A DNA stretch of 64,000 bases from Eukaryota sp. GEM-RC1 (Eukaryota). Within the stretch, counting starts at the first letter, position 1. The number at the start of each line of letters is the position of its first letter. Under the pieces are notes generated by a model. It was not told the origin of the DNA and made no database searches. It saw nothing but the letters and a program-made list of their open reading frames with translations. The stretch is taken from the NCBI GenBank assembly GCA_040285855.1, contig JAUFOQ010000017.1:372001-436000 (forward strand), in the 5' to 3' direction. Below are positions 12,521 through 22,633 of the stretch, in pieces. The position numbers were made by a program, and so were the translations under genes.

Positions 12521-13147
12521 CACCGATTGTTTCAAATAGTCTCACTGAGACTAATACAGTACGTGATTTTCATGTGTCACATATCGGAATTAGTCTCACT
12601 GAGACTAATTTTTAGTGAGAGTAATTGCAAATAGTCTCACTGAGACTAATTATTTCGCAATTGTATTAGTCTCACTAAATATTTATAAACATGACATCAT
12701 TTTTCTTTGAAATACTTCCCCTAATTCAAGTTACCAATCTCTTTAACAAATACACTTTGCTCTTGATCCATCTGTGTTTCTTCACGATTTCTTGAAGACA
12801 AAAGATCAACTTTTATTCATGCCAAACTCCAGTATCATCTCCAAGCGGATCTTTGAAGATGCTCTGAGCCTTAAAGCTACGAATGAAGCCATAAAAAATG
12901 ATTTCGATTGGTGAGTGGGGAATCATATGGTTAAGTACAGTTTTAAGTTGATCTTATCAGTATAATAGTTCTTCTAATTGTAAAAACTCAATCAATCATT
13001 TGTATTTTTATCGCATCTTTCTCGTTAAAAACAATAACAGTTGTATTTGGGAGGTCAAAATTGAAACTCTGATATCGGAATTAGTCTCACTGAGACTATT
13101 TTCTAGTGACACTAATTTGTTAGTGAGACTAATTGAAACAATCGGTG
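12521..13147. mobile_element. TA-flanked MITE (Tc1/mariner-like), 627 bp
   Basis: 26-bp TIRs CACCGATTGTTTCAA(A/T)TAGTCTCACT; TA on both flanks; internal palindrome TAGTCTCACTGAGACTA at 12537, 12591, 12632 and 13082. Confidence 0.88.
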
Positions 13148-13780
13148 TAGTTTCAGTATGCAATTTTTCAGCATCGATTCTTCTTTCCAAAATTCTTGAA
13201 AATAGTGAACGGAGTACTTCAATAGTACAACAGCCAACAGCCAACAGCAACATTTCCATAGGATTTGAAGGGAATAATCGAGTCACAGAAGGACAACGTG
13301 TCGTTTTTGACTTATCTTATCTTGTTGCAATAAATTTTGCGTTGTTGAGTCTTCAAAATCAATATATTGTTGAGAGGGATCTCACAATAAGTGAACAAAT
13401 ATATACTACAGTAGTATTTAGTGCTGGAATACTTTATGCATGTTACGCTCAGTCAATACGTTGTGTGTTTTTCCAGTGTAGTGTGTGTACTGCTGATTGA
13501 AGTTACACATGGTGAGTATAAAGTTTGTGTATCTGACAGTAGTGGAATTATTAATGTTAATTAAAAGTAGTACTAATATTTTACAACAATAATAGTAGAA
13601 TTTGAATCTTTTGCTTTTTGATTGTACTAGTGATACTATATGTGTGTTACGAATTGTAGTACACATATAACTTAATTTTACATTCATTTATGCTACAGTA
13701 ATACTAAGTTTTCAAAATTTTCAACCAAACATCACATAAATCACTACCCAAAGGTATAAAATAACTACCAAATAACAAAC

Positions 13781-13785
13781 AAAAA
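13781..13785 (-). terminator. Pol III oligo-T terminator of the 5S gene
   Basis: T5 directly after the 5S 3' end on the minus strand. Confidence 0.7.
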
Positions 13786-14278
13786 GAATGCAGCACTCAG
13801 TGTTCGCTTGTGGTCTCCCACCAAAGAAGCAAAATATTGCTTTCGATGTGACTATTGATGGTGGAAATGGCCATCATCCGATGGATTCTTTCTATTATAG
13901 CTACGCCAAAAAAATCAAAAAGTACAAGGTGTTAAAAGACTTGAAATTAATTAATGATTTAATTCCTCTTGTATTTACCGTACATGGTGGAATTTTCAAA
14001 GAAACTTTTCAAACTTTGAAGAAATTTGGTTATACCCAGATTCTTGATGAAGTTTATTGTAAAATTGTTAAAGGAAGTGTTCGTTGCAAGAATGCGTATT
14101 TGAATATATGTAATTCTGTTAGTGAAAAAATGTATTATTAGTTGTTTAGGTATTTCCATTAATTTTTCCATGTATTTAATTCTTTTATTATAATAAAAAC
14201 TACTAACTAAGCCTTTGGCCACTTAACTTCGGAATTCGGAATGGGATCCGGTGCTATGGACCAAGTATGGCCGCATTC
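13786..14278 (-). rRNA. 5S rRNA: 5S rRNA gene interrupted by an insertion (5' part 14278-14200, 3' part 13825-13786)
   Basis: Joined minus strand: GAATGCGGCCATACTTGGTCCATAGCACCGGATCCCATTCCGAATTCCGAAGTTAAGTGGCCAAAGGCTTAGTTAGTAG + TTTGGTGGGAGACCACAAGCGAACACTGAGTGCTGCATTC = 119 nt; helix I closes (GAAUGCGGC/GCUGCAUUC); followed by TTTTT. Confidence 0.93.
13826..14199 (+). mobile_element. 5'-truncated RLE-type non-LTR retroelement inserted antisense in 5S rDNA
   Basis: Open frame NIAFDVTID...KKIKKY...LIPLVFTVHGG to TAG 14141, a short 3' UTR, then an AATAAAAA tail abutting the 5S sequence. Confidence 0.72.
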
Positions 14279-15647
14279 ATGAGTTATATTGTGATTGTGG
14301 GTTTAAGCTTGATGAGTAGTGTACTGTTGGTGTGGTAATACTAATACAATTGGTATGTGATTTGTACTTTTGTATTGTACAGAGTCATGTTCATAGTAGT
14401 AGATAGATTGTACATAGTGATGTTGTTACTATGACACAATTTTGATACAAACTTACAATCTTTAGAAGTTGAGTCTGACCAATTATCTTGTATATGTGTG
14501 ACATAGTATTACACTTTTATCAATATGTATATGTTGTATGTGGTGTTGTCACTGTTGCGTGATTCAAAACGTGTATAGTTTCAAGTATCAGTATTAAGTT
14601 GTATGTGACACAAGTGTGGTCTAGTGATATGGTATAGTAGTAGTACAGATGTAATATCATAAATACTTGTGATTCTGTATAGACTCATAAAACTATTGGT
14701 ACAACAGATTGCTGAATATTTCACATTATTTAAAATTTGTCAAACTCAAGTAGTACAATCTAATTCGATTAGAAGTGAACATTAGTACTGTGAGTTATGT
14801 TGTACAGTAGTATAGTATGTATCAGGTATCAGTATAGTGACTGGTACTTGTAGGACTGATTGATATTTGTGTACTATTCATGTGATTATAATTGTGACTA
14901 ATAGAATCACATCCATCAATTGCATTTGATTCATTCTTTCTCAGATTGAGTAGTACTTAGTCTATACTACTATACTATGTATGTATGTCGTACTATGATA
15001 CATGTTTAGCTCTATGTGGATCTCATCTACATCATTATCATTATGATTGTGAATGTGATGAAAGTATGTTGTGAATCACTCTAATCAATTTTGATTGGTT
15101 TAGTGATTGTGATTGTGATTGGCTATTACTAGTATTACTAGTACATGTACACACCATTGACTCCTCTACTGTACTATAGTACACTATGACTGTTACTGTT
15201 GGAGATACATGACATTTCACTTGATTTTATGAAACTCCAATTACCACATCGATGCCTGCCAAGTTGACTACAATCACTATACCAACTAATCCATGACACC
15301 CATGTACCAATCAAAATTGATTGAAAAAATGTTTTCACTTGGTATGCTGAAACTGTATAAAAGCAGCTCAAAATGACCCTCAATCAGTCCCTCTACGTGG
15401 TTTTTTTGAACAAGTGATTTTGAATGGTATACTAGATCTACTTAGAATCGACTGAAAGTGACTCACAATCAACGAATTTACATGATTTTTCTTTAACAAT
15501 CAGATTTTGACCCTCATGTAACTCCCCACCAATCAAACTTGAACACTTCTAATTGCTTGTACACGTATGTATTGGGCCCTTACATGCTATGTAGTACTCC
15601 AATCTCCCAAAAAAAGGCTCTAAAAAAATGACCATTTGAGGCCAATG

Positions 15648-15690
15648 GGATTGCGTTTACAAAAATTGTTGTAAACGCAATCCGAACTAG
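15648..15690 (+). other. Perfect 15-bp stem-loop followed by CTAG-T (Helitron-like terminus candidate)
   Basis: GGATTGCGTTTACAA-aaattg-TTGTAAACGCAATCC-gaa-CTAG-T. Confidence 0.45.
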
Positions 15691-16439
15691 TCTTAACACC
15701 ATCGTACTAGGGACCTAGTGTAGTACTCAAGACCTCTGTTACGTCGTCAAAGGTACTTCATCTGAGTTCTCCACAAACCCCTAACACATGATGCTCCCAA
15801 TTTATATTTGTCACAAGAAGAAACTTTCTTTAAAAAAGTTTATACATTTCCTCCAGTAGGAGGCTCTGAGGCCAGGTACTAAAAGGGTGACTACTCCTCT
15901 ATCACCAATGCATTGCACCTATTATCCAAAAGGCACAGGGCCCTCAAACAATAAACACAACAACACAGCGAACGAAGATGTCTAAGCGGAATTGTCTAAG
16001 ATCCATTGGTTACCCAACATCTCTCAGACTATCCTCGTGCAACCAGTTTTATGGCGTAGAAACACGGCAGATCGATAAATCAATCTACAACTAACCCTAT
16101 TACAGTTCTAGTACCATGCAGGACTTACTTAAAAATTAGTCAATGACTTTCACTTAGTATCATTGACTTTGGTAGCATATACAGTTGGTCGGTCACTGTT
16201 TGTAGTGTGCTTTTACACAACATGTCTGTGCTTGTACCACTTTATTGTTCCCAATTGAACATATTGTTACAAACAAACCATCTCAAATTGAGCACTTAGT
16301 GCTACTGCGGTGTTGTCTTTAATGGGTAAAGTAGTCGTTGATTTGTCGATATAAAAATAATAAAGACCGAAAGAACCTACAACGTCTCGATACATAGAAT
16401 TTACAACGGTTTGGACTGATATTTTATTTCGATCTACAA

Positions 16440-16690
16440 AAGTGTCCATGTATCGTCTACCGTCGACATAGTGAGTGCCTCAAAAAGTAGGGGGAGTATA
16501 TTACGAACCCAACGTGTTTCACACGTGTTAAGGTAAATCTGTTTCTTCAACTTGATATCTCTGTGGTTCTCAACTCAAATGGATATTTCCAAAGTACACA
16601 ACTTTGTTAATTTTCATTTTGATTAGAGTATCGAAACCACAGACACTCAGTGAGCTAAGCCCACTTCGCTGTGTACCGTTAAAAGTACAC
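16440..16690 (-). ncRNA. Candidate Fanzor omegaRNA scaffold (ends unknown)
   Basis: Consecutive hairpins right after the stop codon (16671-16690, 16649-16665, 16626-16648, 16590-16606, 16512-16526); two need G-U pairs available only on the minus strand; possible pseudoknot 16635-16642 with 16561-16568. Confidence 0.5.
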
Positions 16691-19600
16691 TAAAGTTCTT
16701 TACGAGAGACCTTCGTCTGCTGGACTGACATTACGCTTCTTCTTTTAGGCGAACTCATTTCTTTTGGTGGATTCTTGCATGACCTTTTGTTGTGACCTTC
16801 TTGGCCACAATTTCCACATGTTTTCTTCTTTCCTGTTGAAGTTTTCTTCTTTCGTGTTGAAGTTTTCTTCTTTTTAGTCGCAGTCGTCTTCTTCTTCTTC
16901 TGGTCTCTCGCCAAAGTATCCTTACCACTCTCGAGATCTGTTGTTTGAGTTTTAGATCTCTCGAGAGCGGATGGCCTACCTTGACCATTGATCGTTGCTT
17001 CAATGATGGAATAGATATTAATGGCAGAATTTAGGTCTCTATTCCAATAAGTACCACACTCAGCATCTGAGCACTTTACCAGTCCCAAGGGTGTGGATTT
17101 AGCTTCTTCTTCCAATGACTTCTGCTTCACCTCCCACTCTGCTTCCAAAATCCCGTTGGTTTAGAGGATCTTGTTTGTTTTTGAGCAAAATTTCTCTTCT
17201 TAACTTTCTCTTCTTCCTTCTTAGCTGTCTCTTACCTTTGGGACCAAGAACCTTTAGTTCTGAAACATTTTCACATTCTACGAAAGTTGATTTTTCCTTA
17301 GCACATTTGGAACAACACTTGCTTGTTCTGTATTCATCAACAAGAAATATTTGGTATCCATATCTTCTTAACATTTTACGGATTTCCATTCCTCTGACAG
17401 TAGAGGTTTTGCCCTTTCTTGTTTTACCTTTTGAGCTCCAATCCCCATAGCCAATGACAACGTCTTCTGGAGGTCCATATGTTAAATTGAAGCGTTCCAG
17501 CACGTTTTTTCCGAACGTTGGTTATTAGAATAAATTTGGAATTTCCTCTTTCTAAACCAGTCATCTTCGTAAAAAGAACTCAAATATACGTTATATCTTT
17601 CAGCTTCTTTAATATATGTTTCAAATGTGTCGCTGAAACACGACTTTCTTTCCCCATCGGATACAGCACTGGAGAATTGGTTAACGACATCTCTTCCTGT
17701 TACAAGAATATTATTAGGATGGAGAACCAAAAAATCTTTAAGTTGTCTTTCAGTGACAGTTTCGTCTGGTGATTCAATAGAAAATTCTTTCAGTTTTCTA
17801 TTTTCAGATTTACGATATTTTTTAGATTTCCTATCATAAGCTCTTTCTCCAGCTGTGTAATTAAACTTCTTCCATTTGTGCTTAGCCTTTTTCTTTGATT
17901 TTACATCATTATTCGAATTTTTCCAATCTTGTAATTGTTTCTTTCTTTTCTTAATTCCTCCTCTTTTCTTACTTCTGATTTCTGAGGGTAATCGTTTTTT
18001 GAATGGATTTTTTCAGAAATATCTTCTTCTTTAAGCTCATCGACTGTCTTTTCTGAAACACAATACATTAAATCATATTCATTTGGATCAATACCTACAA
18101 TTCTTTTTTCCTTCAATTGTAATTCTTGAATATTGTCATTTGATAAAGAGTGAATGTATCTTTCCGAAGTTCCGAGAGATTTAGCAGTAAAATCTTTGAA
18201 AGTATTTCCATCTTCATCAACCAAATCTTTTCTCATTAAAACCAAACAAGAAGAAATTCCATCTGTCAGAATTGAAGAATATCTAAAGACAAATGATTTT
18301 GTTGATGCCACAGCTTTGTCAGTAAGGACCTGATCAAAGACCTTTTTCCTTATTTCATCTGCTTTTTTGCCTCGTATATGGACAAATTTTTGATTAATCC
18401 AATCCGTGTCCAAACGAATATGTTGAGGAATCAATGTTTTCGTCATTGGAAAAGGATTGTTTACACTGATTAGTTTTCCATCAACCAAACACAAAGATTG
18501 TATTGTTCGGTTGATGTATAGAGCATGAGAAATTAACTGCATCGGCTTTGCCTTCTGTAAATAGTAAATATTCTTTTTTGAAAACATTGGAAACAATGAA
18601 AATTTCAAATACGCAAAAAAACTCAATGTTAATTCTTCAAGTGGATAAGGGAAGATCTTGTGATTATTAATGGGAATGTCATCAAAATTTCCATTGATAA
18701 TCGAATCTCTGACTGAATTCAATTTCGAAATCAATTCTTTCTTATCAACTTGATCATTTATCTGTTCAAGTCTTACTTTCTTTCTTGTTACCAGATTAAA
18801 GAATCTGAATACATAATCATGAAAATTTTTGACCATATTGTTGGCATAATTTGTAGAAATTTGTTTGGCAGTGTAATGAAATATGGGAGACATTGACGTA
18901 GAATCAGGAAATGAAATTTGATTTGTTCCAATTTCATCAGACAACTGTTGTAGAAGTGGAGAAAAGTTGTTCAAGTAGTGAAATGCAATTTTTTCTTTTT
19001 CATTTATTTCTAGTCATGAAGATTTTTGGAGGTCATCAAGCACTTTTTGAGCCTCTGCTCTTGATATTTCTAAATCTGACTGAATTGAAGAACCAGTTGA
19101 TTTCTTCACATACATCCGTCTCAACACTTGTTTGATTGAAGCTTGGCTAAGAAATTTTGTAAAATCTGGTAAGACCACTGAAAAATTTTTGAATGTAAAT
19201 GAATCAAAATCATGTTCGGACATTAACTCCATTTCACGAAGTTCTTTCTCAAACAAATCATGTTCGTACATTAAGTCTCGTTCATTTGATTCCAAACGTT
19301 CACGTGTTTCAGACTCAGAAATATGGAGATTTTCGTACATTAAGTCTTGTTCGTTTGATACTGACAAATCAGAAGGTTGTAGTGTAAACGAATCAAAATC
19401 GTGTTCGTACATTAAGTCTCGTTCATTTGATTCCAAACGTTGTCTTTCAAACTCACAAATAAGCAGATGTTTCAAAAAATTAGAACCCCTTACTGTTGCT
19501 CTTTGATTTCGGATAACACAGTCTTTAATTAAGACAATATTATCTTGATCTTTAATAACTTTCTCCAATCCCTTTTTCACCACTTTAATTGGATGGCGCT
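16690..19600 (-). CDS. Fanzor1-type (eukaryotic TnpB-derived) RNA-guided nuclease portion
   Basis: RuvC-I IVGIDPN (D 18087-18089); FNYT..ER..D.K.KKY; GYGDWS; RuvC-II VDEYRTSKCCSKC (E 17333-17335); CSDAEC; RuvC-III WNRDLNSAINI (D 17035-17037); also ILTDGISSC and NYANN motifs. Confidence 0.9.
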
Positions 19601-22600
19601 CTAGAACATGTTGAGTTTCTTCATCAAAGAAATATTCATGTAATTCAGTTAGACAGTTAATTCGTTGAAGTAAATCATCAACCAGAGTAATTACTTTTAC
19701 GTTATCAGTCCACAATTTGAAGGTTTGCTTGTTGTGTGCGAGTAAATTAAACTCTTTCTCTATTTCCTTGTTAACGGTTATGTCTGGTACTTTTCGAAAT
19801 TCTGTGAAGTACGTAGTTAATTCTAATGACGACAAAATTAAATTGGGTACATGTTTCCGAAACAATTTTGAACAAACATTTTCCAAACTTCTACCACCTT
19901 TGAACACATAAGTAGACTTTGTCACATTTGCCAAGTCTAGAGAAACAAAGGGTCCAAAATTGCAAAGCTTACACCATCTATGAAACCAGTTGGGTACGTA
20001 GGGTCTGTATGGATTATCTAAATGAAAATTGGTCTGAATCTTAAACAGTTCACATCGTTTAATCAAAAAGGAAACAAAAGTTCATCAGTGTTATAACCAA
20101 TCAACAATCTGGGTTTTGTTTGGCATAAAACTTGGATAAGTTCCCCAATCATGGCTTCTTCTGAAGCACAAACAATTATTTCGACATTTTCAAATGTATC
20201 GTTTATGTTCTTTTTACTAAAAATAACAGTTGAAGTGAAATTAGCATAGATAAATTTTAGACTGATAAAGATTATTTTGTCTTCTTTATCCAAAGGATTT
20301 GCAAACAGTTCTGCTCTCGATGCTTCAACTTCTTCTTTGATTTTAGGAATATCAGCATCCTCTGGTTCCTCAGAGTCATCTTCAATATCATCAGAGTCGA
20401 CACTTTTTTTAGGCAATACTTTTTTAGTTGATTTGAGAATTCTTGGATTGAGTCGTTTTGCATCAGTAATCATGGTTTTAAAATCAATTAAACAAAATGT
20501 TGGGATTTCTTCTGTTTCTGTTAATTCTGATAGATTCGATTTCTTAAATGGAGGAGTAATTCCACTTTTTTGAGGTTTATGTAGTTCTGTTTTAGATGAG
20601 GAGACTAAGGTGTCTACAGAAACAACTTCTTTTACAGGTTCAGTGTGTAGACTTTCTTCCATGATAAGTATATCCTTTTGCATTGACGGTGGATATAAAG
20701 AAATAGATGCTTGTAATTTTGGTGGTAGGTCTGTTAACCTAATAGACGATTCTTTGGACATTAGCTGTTCTTCTTCTTCCTCCTCTTCTTCTTCTTCTTC
20801 CTCTTCTTCTTCTTCTTCCTCTGGTGGATTAAGTGATTCAAGATACGAGTAGATTTCGTTTCGAACAGCAAGAGCATCAATTTCCATATTAAGCAACAAC
20901 GATTCAGCATGAGACAGGCTTGGAAGTTCACTTAGATTGTTTAAAAATTGGTGAATATACTCTATAACATAGATTCCACAATCATTGGGCGTCTGCTTTC
21001 GCATAACAGGAAAAACAATTGGTTCGAATTCAAGAATGCTAAGATCTGATGCTACTATAGAAAGGACATTTGTCAGCAGAGAAGTCTTGATAATATTTCC
21101 ATCCTGTGCAAAATCACGAGTATCGTAATATGGGTCAATAAACATCCAGTTCCTGATTTGACAATCAATGATAATCAAACCCCAATGAATACCAGATTGT
21201 GCTGGTTCTGTAAATCCATCATTCAACGGAGCAATAAGAAATCTGTTGCCTCGATTTAAACATTCGAGAGTTTTATCAAGTAGAAAAGATGACAGATTGT
21301 GACTAGTGATGTAATACTTCATCACTGAAGGGGGGATAAAAGAAGTCCAATCGTAACCATAAATTTCAAATAATTTCTTACAATATAGTCGTATAACTTC
21401 ATCATCGACCCAGTTATTCGGTTCCACAGAGGTCAAAGTCTCATCAGAAACAACTTTTTTGGGTTTAGTCTCTGATCGACTCAAACGGTTCTGAATCTCT
21501 TGTCGAACTTCTACAGTGTTTATGTTGGCTATTTCAAGCAATTTGGATTCCAAATACAGCCCAGGGATTGTTCGTAATTGTGACAAAAGTTCATTAAATT
21601 TCTCTATATATTTTAGGACATAAATTCCACCGTCGTTTAAAGTTTGCTTGGTTGCAACAGGAATTGGTTTGAGATTATAAGTTCCAAAAGTTGTTTGAAC
21701 TATATTATATATCTGTTTCAAAGACGAAGATTCTATTGAAGAATCTGAATCACTCTTTGGATCAATAAATATACCTTCCAAACGCACACAATCGACAATA
21801 ACTAGCCCCCAGTGAGTTCCATCATTGGCCGGTTCTGTCATGGAATCATTTAGTGGGATTATGAGATAGTTGTATCCTTTTTCCTTAGTGACATTGACTT
21901 TGTCATTGATAAAAACATCTAACGATAAATCAGGAAAAAGATTGTATCCTTTTAAAAGAGCAGGTTGAATAAAAAGATCATCGAAATCAACACTAGAGGC
22001 TTGTGGTTTGAAATATGTTTGAAATATGGTTCTAGAAAACTCAACAAAGACTTCATCATCTACCAAACGATCATGTTGCAAAGAATCTAAAGCTTCTTGA
22101 GAAACTGGCCCTGGATTGGATTCCACGTCACCATCCATGGTGAGATCTTCTTTGAATGGGGGACGGGAGGAGAAAACTATACGTAATATGAGACACAAAG
22201 CAGAAATAGATGAAGAAACAACACAAAGGATCATCTGAGGAACATTACGAGACGAAGTCGAGGGTATGATGGAAAGCACATGAACACAATTCACATGGGC
22301 TGTTTCACTAGCGGAAACGAAAATAATTCTCCAACACCTCATTATACTACCTTGTTCTTGAGGAGCGTGTGAGAGTGAAGTAGTAAGGCGGCAGCATGCG
22401 GAAGAGTAACTCCAACATCTCATTATACTACCTTGTTCTTGAGGAGCGTGTGAGAGTGAAGTAGTAAGGCGGCAGCATGCGGAAGAGTAACTCCAACATC
22501 TCATTATACTACCTTGTTCTTGAGGAGCGTGTGAGAGTGAAGTAGTAAGGCGGCAGCATGCGGAAGAGTAACTCCAACATCTCATTATACTACCTTGTTC

Positions 22601-22633
22601 TTGAGGAGCGTGTGAGAGAATTGATGTCAACAT
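16690..22633 (-). CDS. Reconstructed polyprotein: leader - 2A - 2x Ulp1/C48 protease - degenerate PolB exonuclease - Fanzor1 - CCHC knuckle
   Basis: Six track ORFs are collinear. Joins need single-base homopolymer fixes at ~20067, ~17940, ~17507 and ~17152, plus one in-frame TGA at 19014-19016; first in-frame ATG at 22633. Confidence 0.7.
22106..22147 (-). other. 2A-like ribosome StopGo peptide
   Basis: DLTMDGDVESNPGP fits the D(V/I)ExNPG-P consensus exactly. Confidence 0.88.
22329..22618. repeat. 81-bp tandem repeat, about 3.6 near-identical copies, in the polyprotein leader
   Basis: Units start at 22329, 22410, 22491 and 22572; encode SHAPQEQGSIMRCWSYSSACCRLTTSL on the minus strand. Confidence 0.95.

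Noticed and set aside
13000..13500. 166-aa ORF
   Set aside because: Non-ATG start, crosses the MITE right end, no motifs
13788..13825. N-terminus MQHSVFACGLPP of the 117-aa ORF
   Set aside because: It is the antisense of the 5S rRNA 3' part, not a true start of the insert ORF
15960..16135. Group I intron or ribozyme downstream of Fanzor
   Set aside because: Only a loose resemblance to one short motif; the P3-P7 core could not be built. Kept only as part of the candidate structured tail
19014..19016. TGA as a reassigned sense codon or selenocysteine
   Set aside because: Host genes (uppS, MEMO1) end in TGA at their expected C-termini; the site is not a catalytic Cys position and I identified no SECIS
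22329..22618. CRISPR-like array near an RNA-guided nuclease
   Set aside because: Units are contiguous 81-bp tandem copies with no unique spacers
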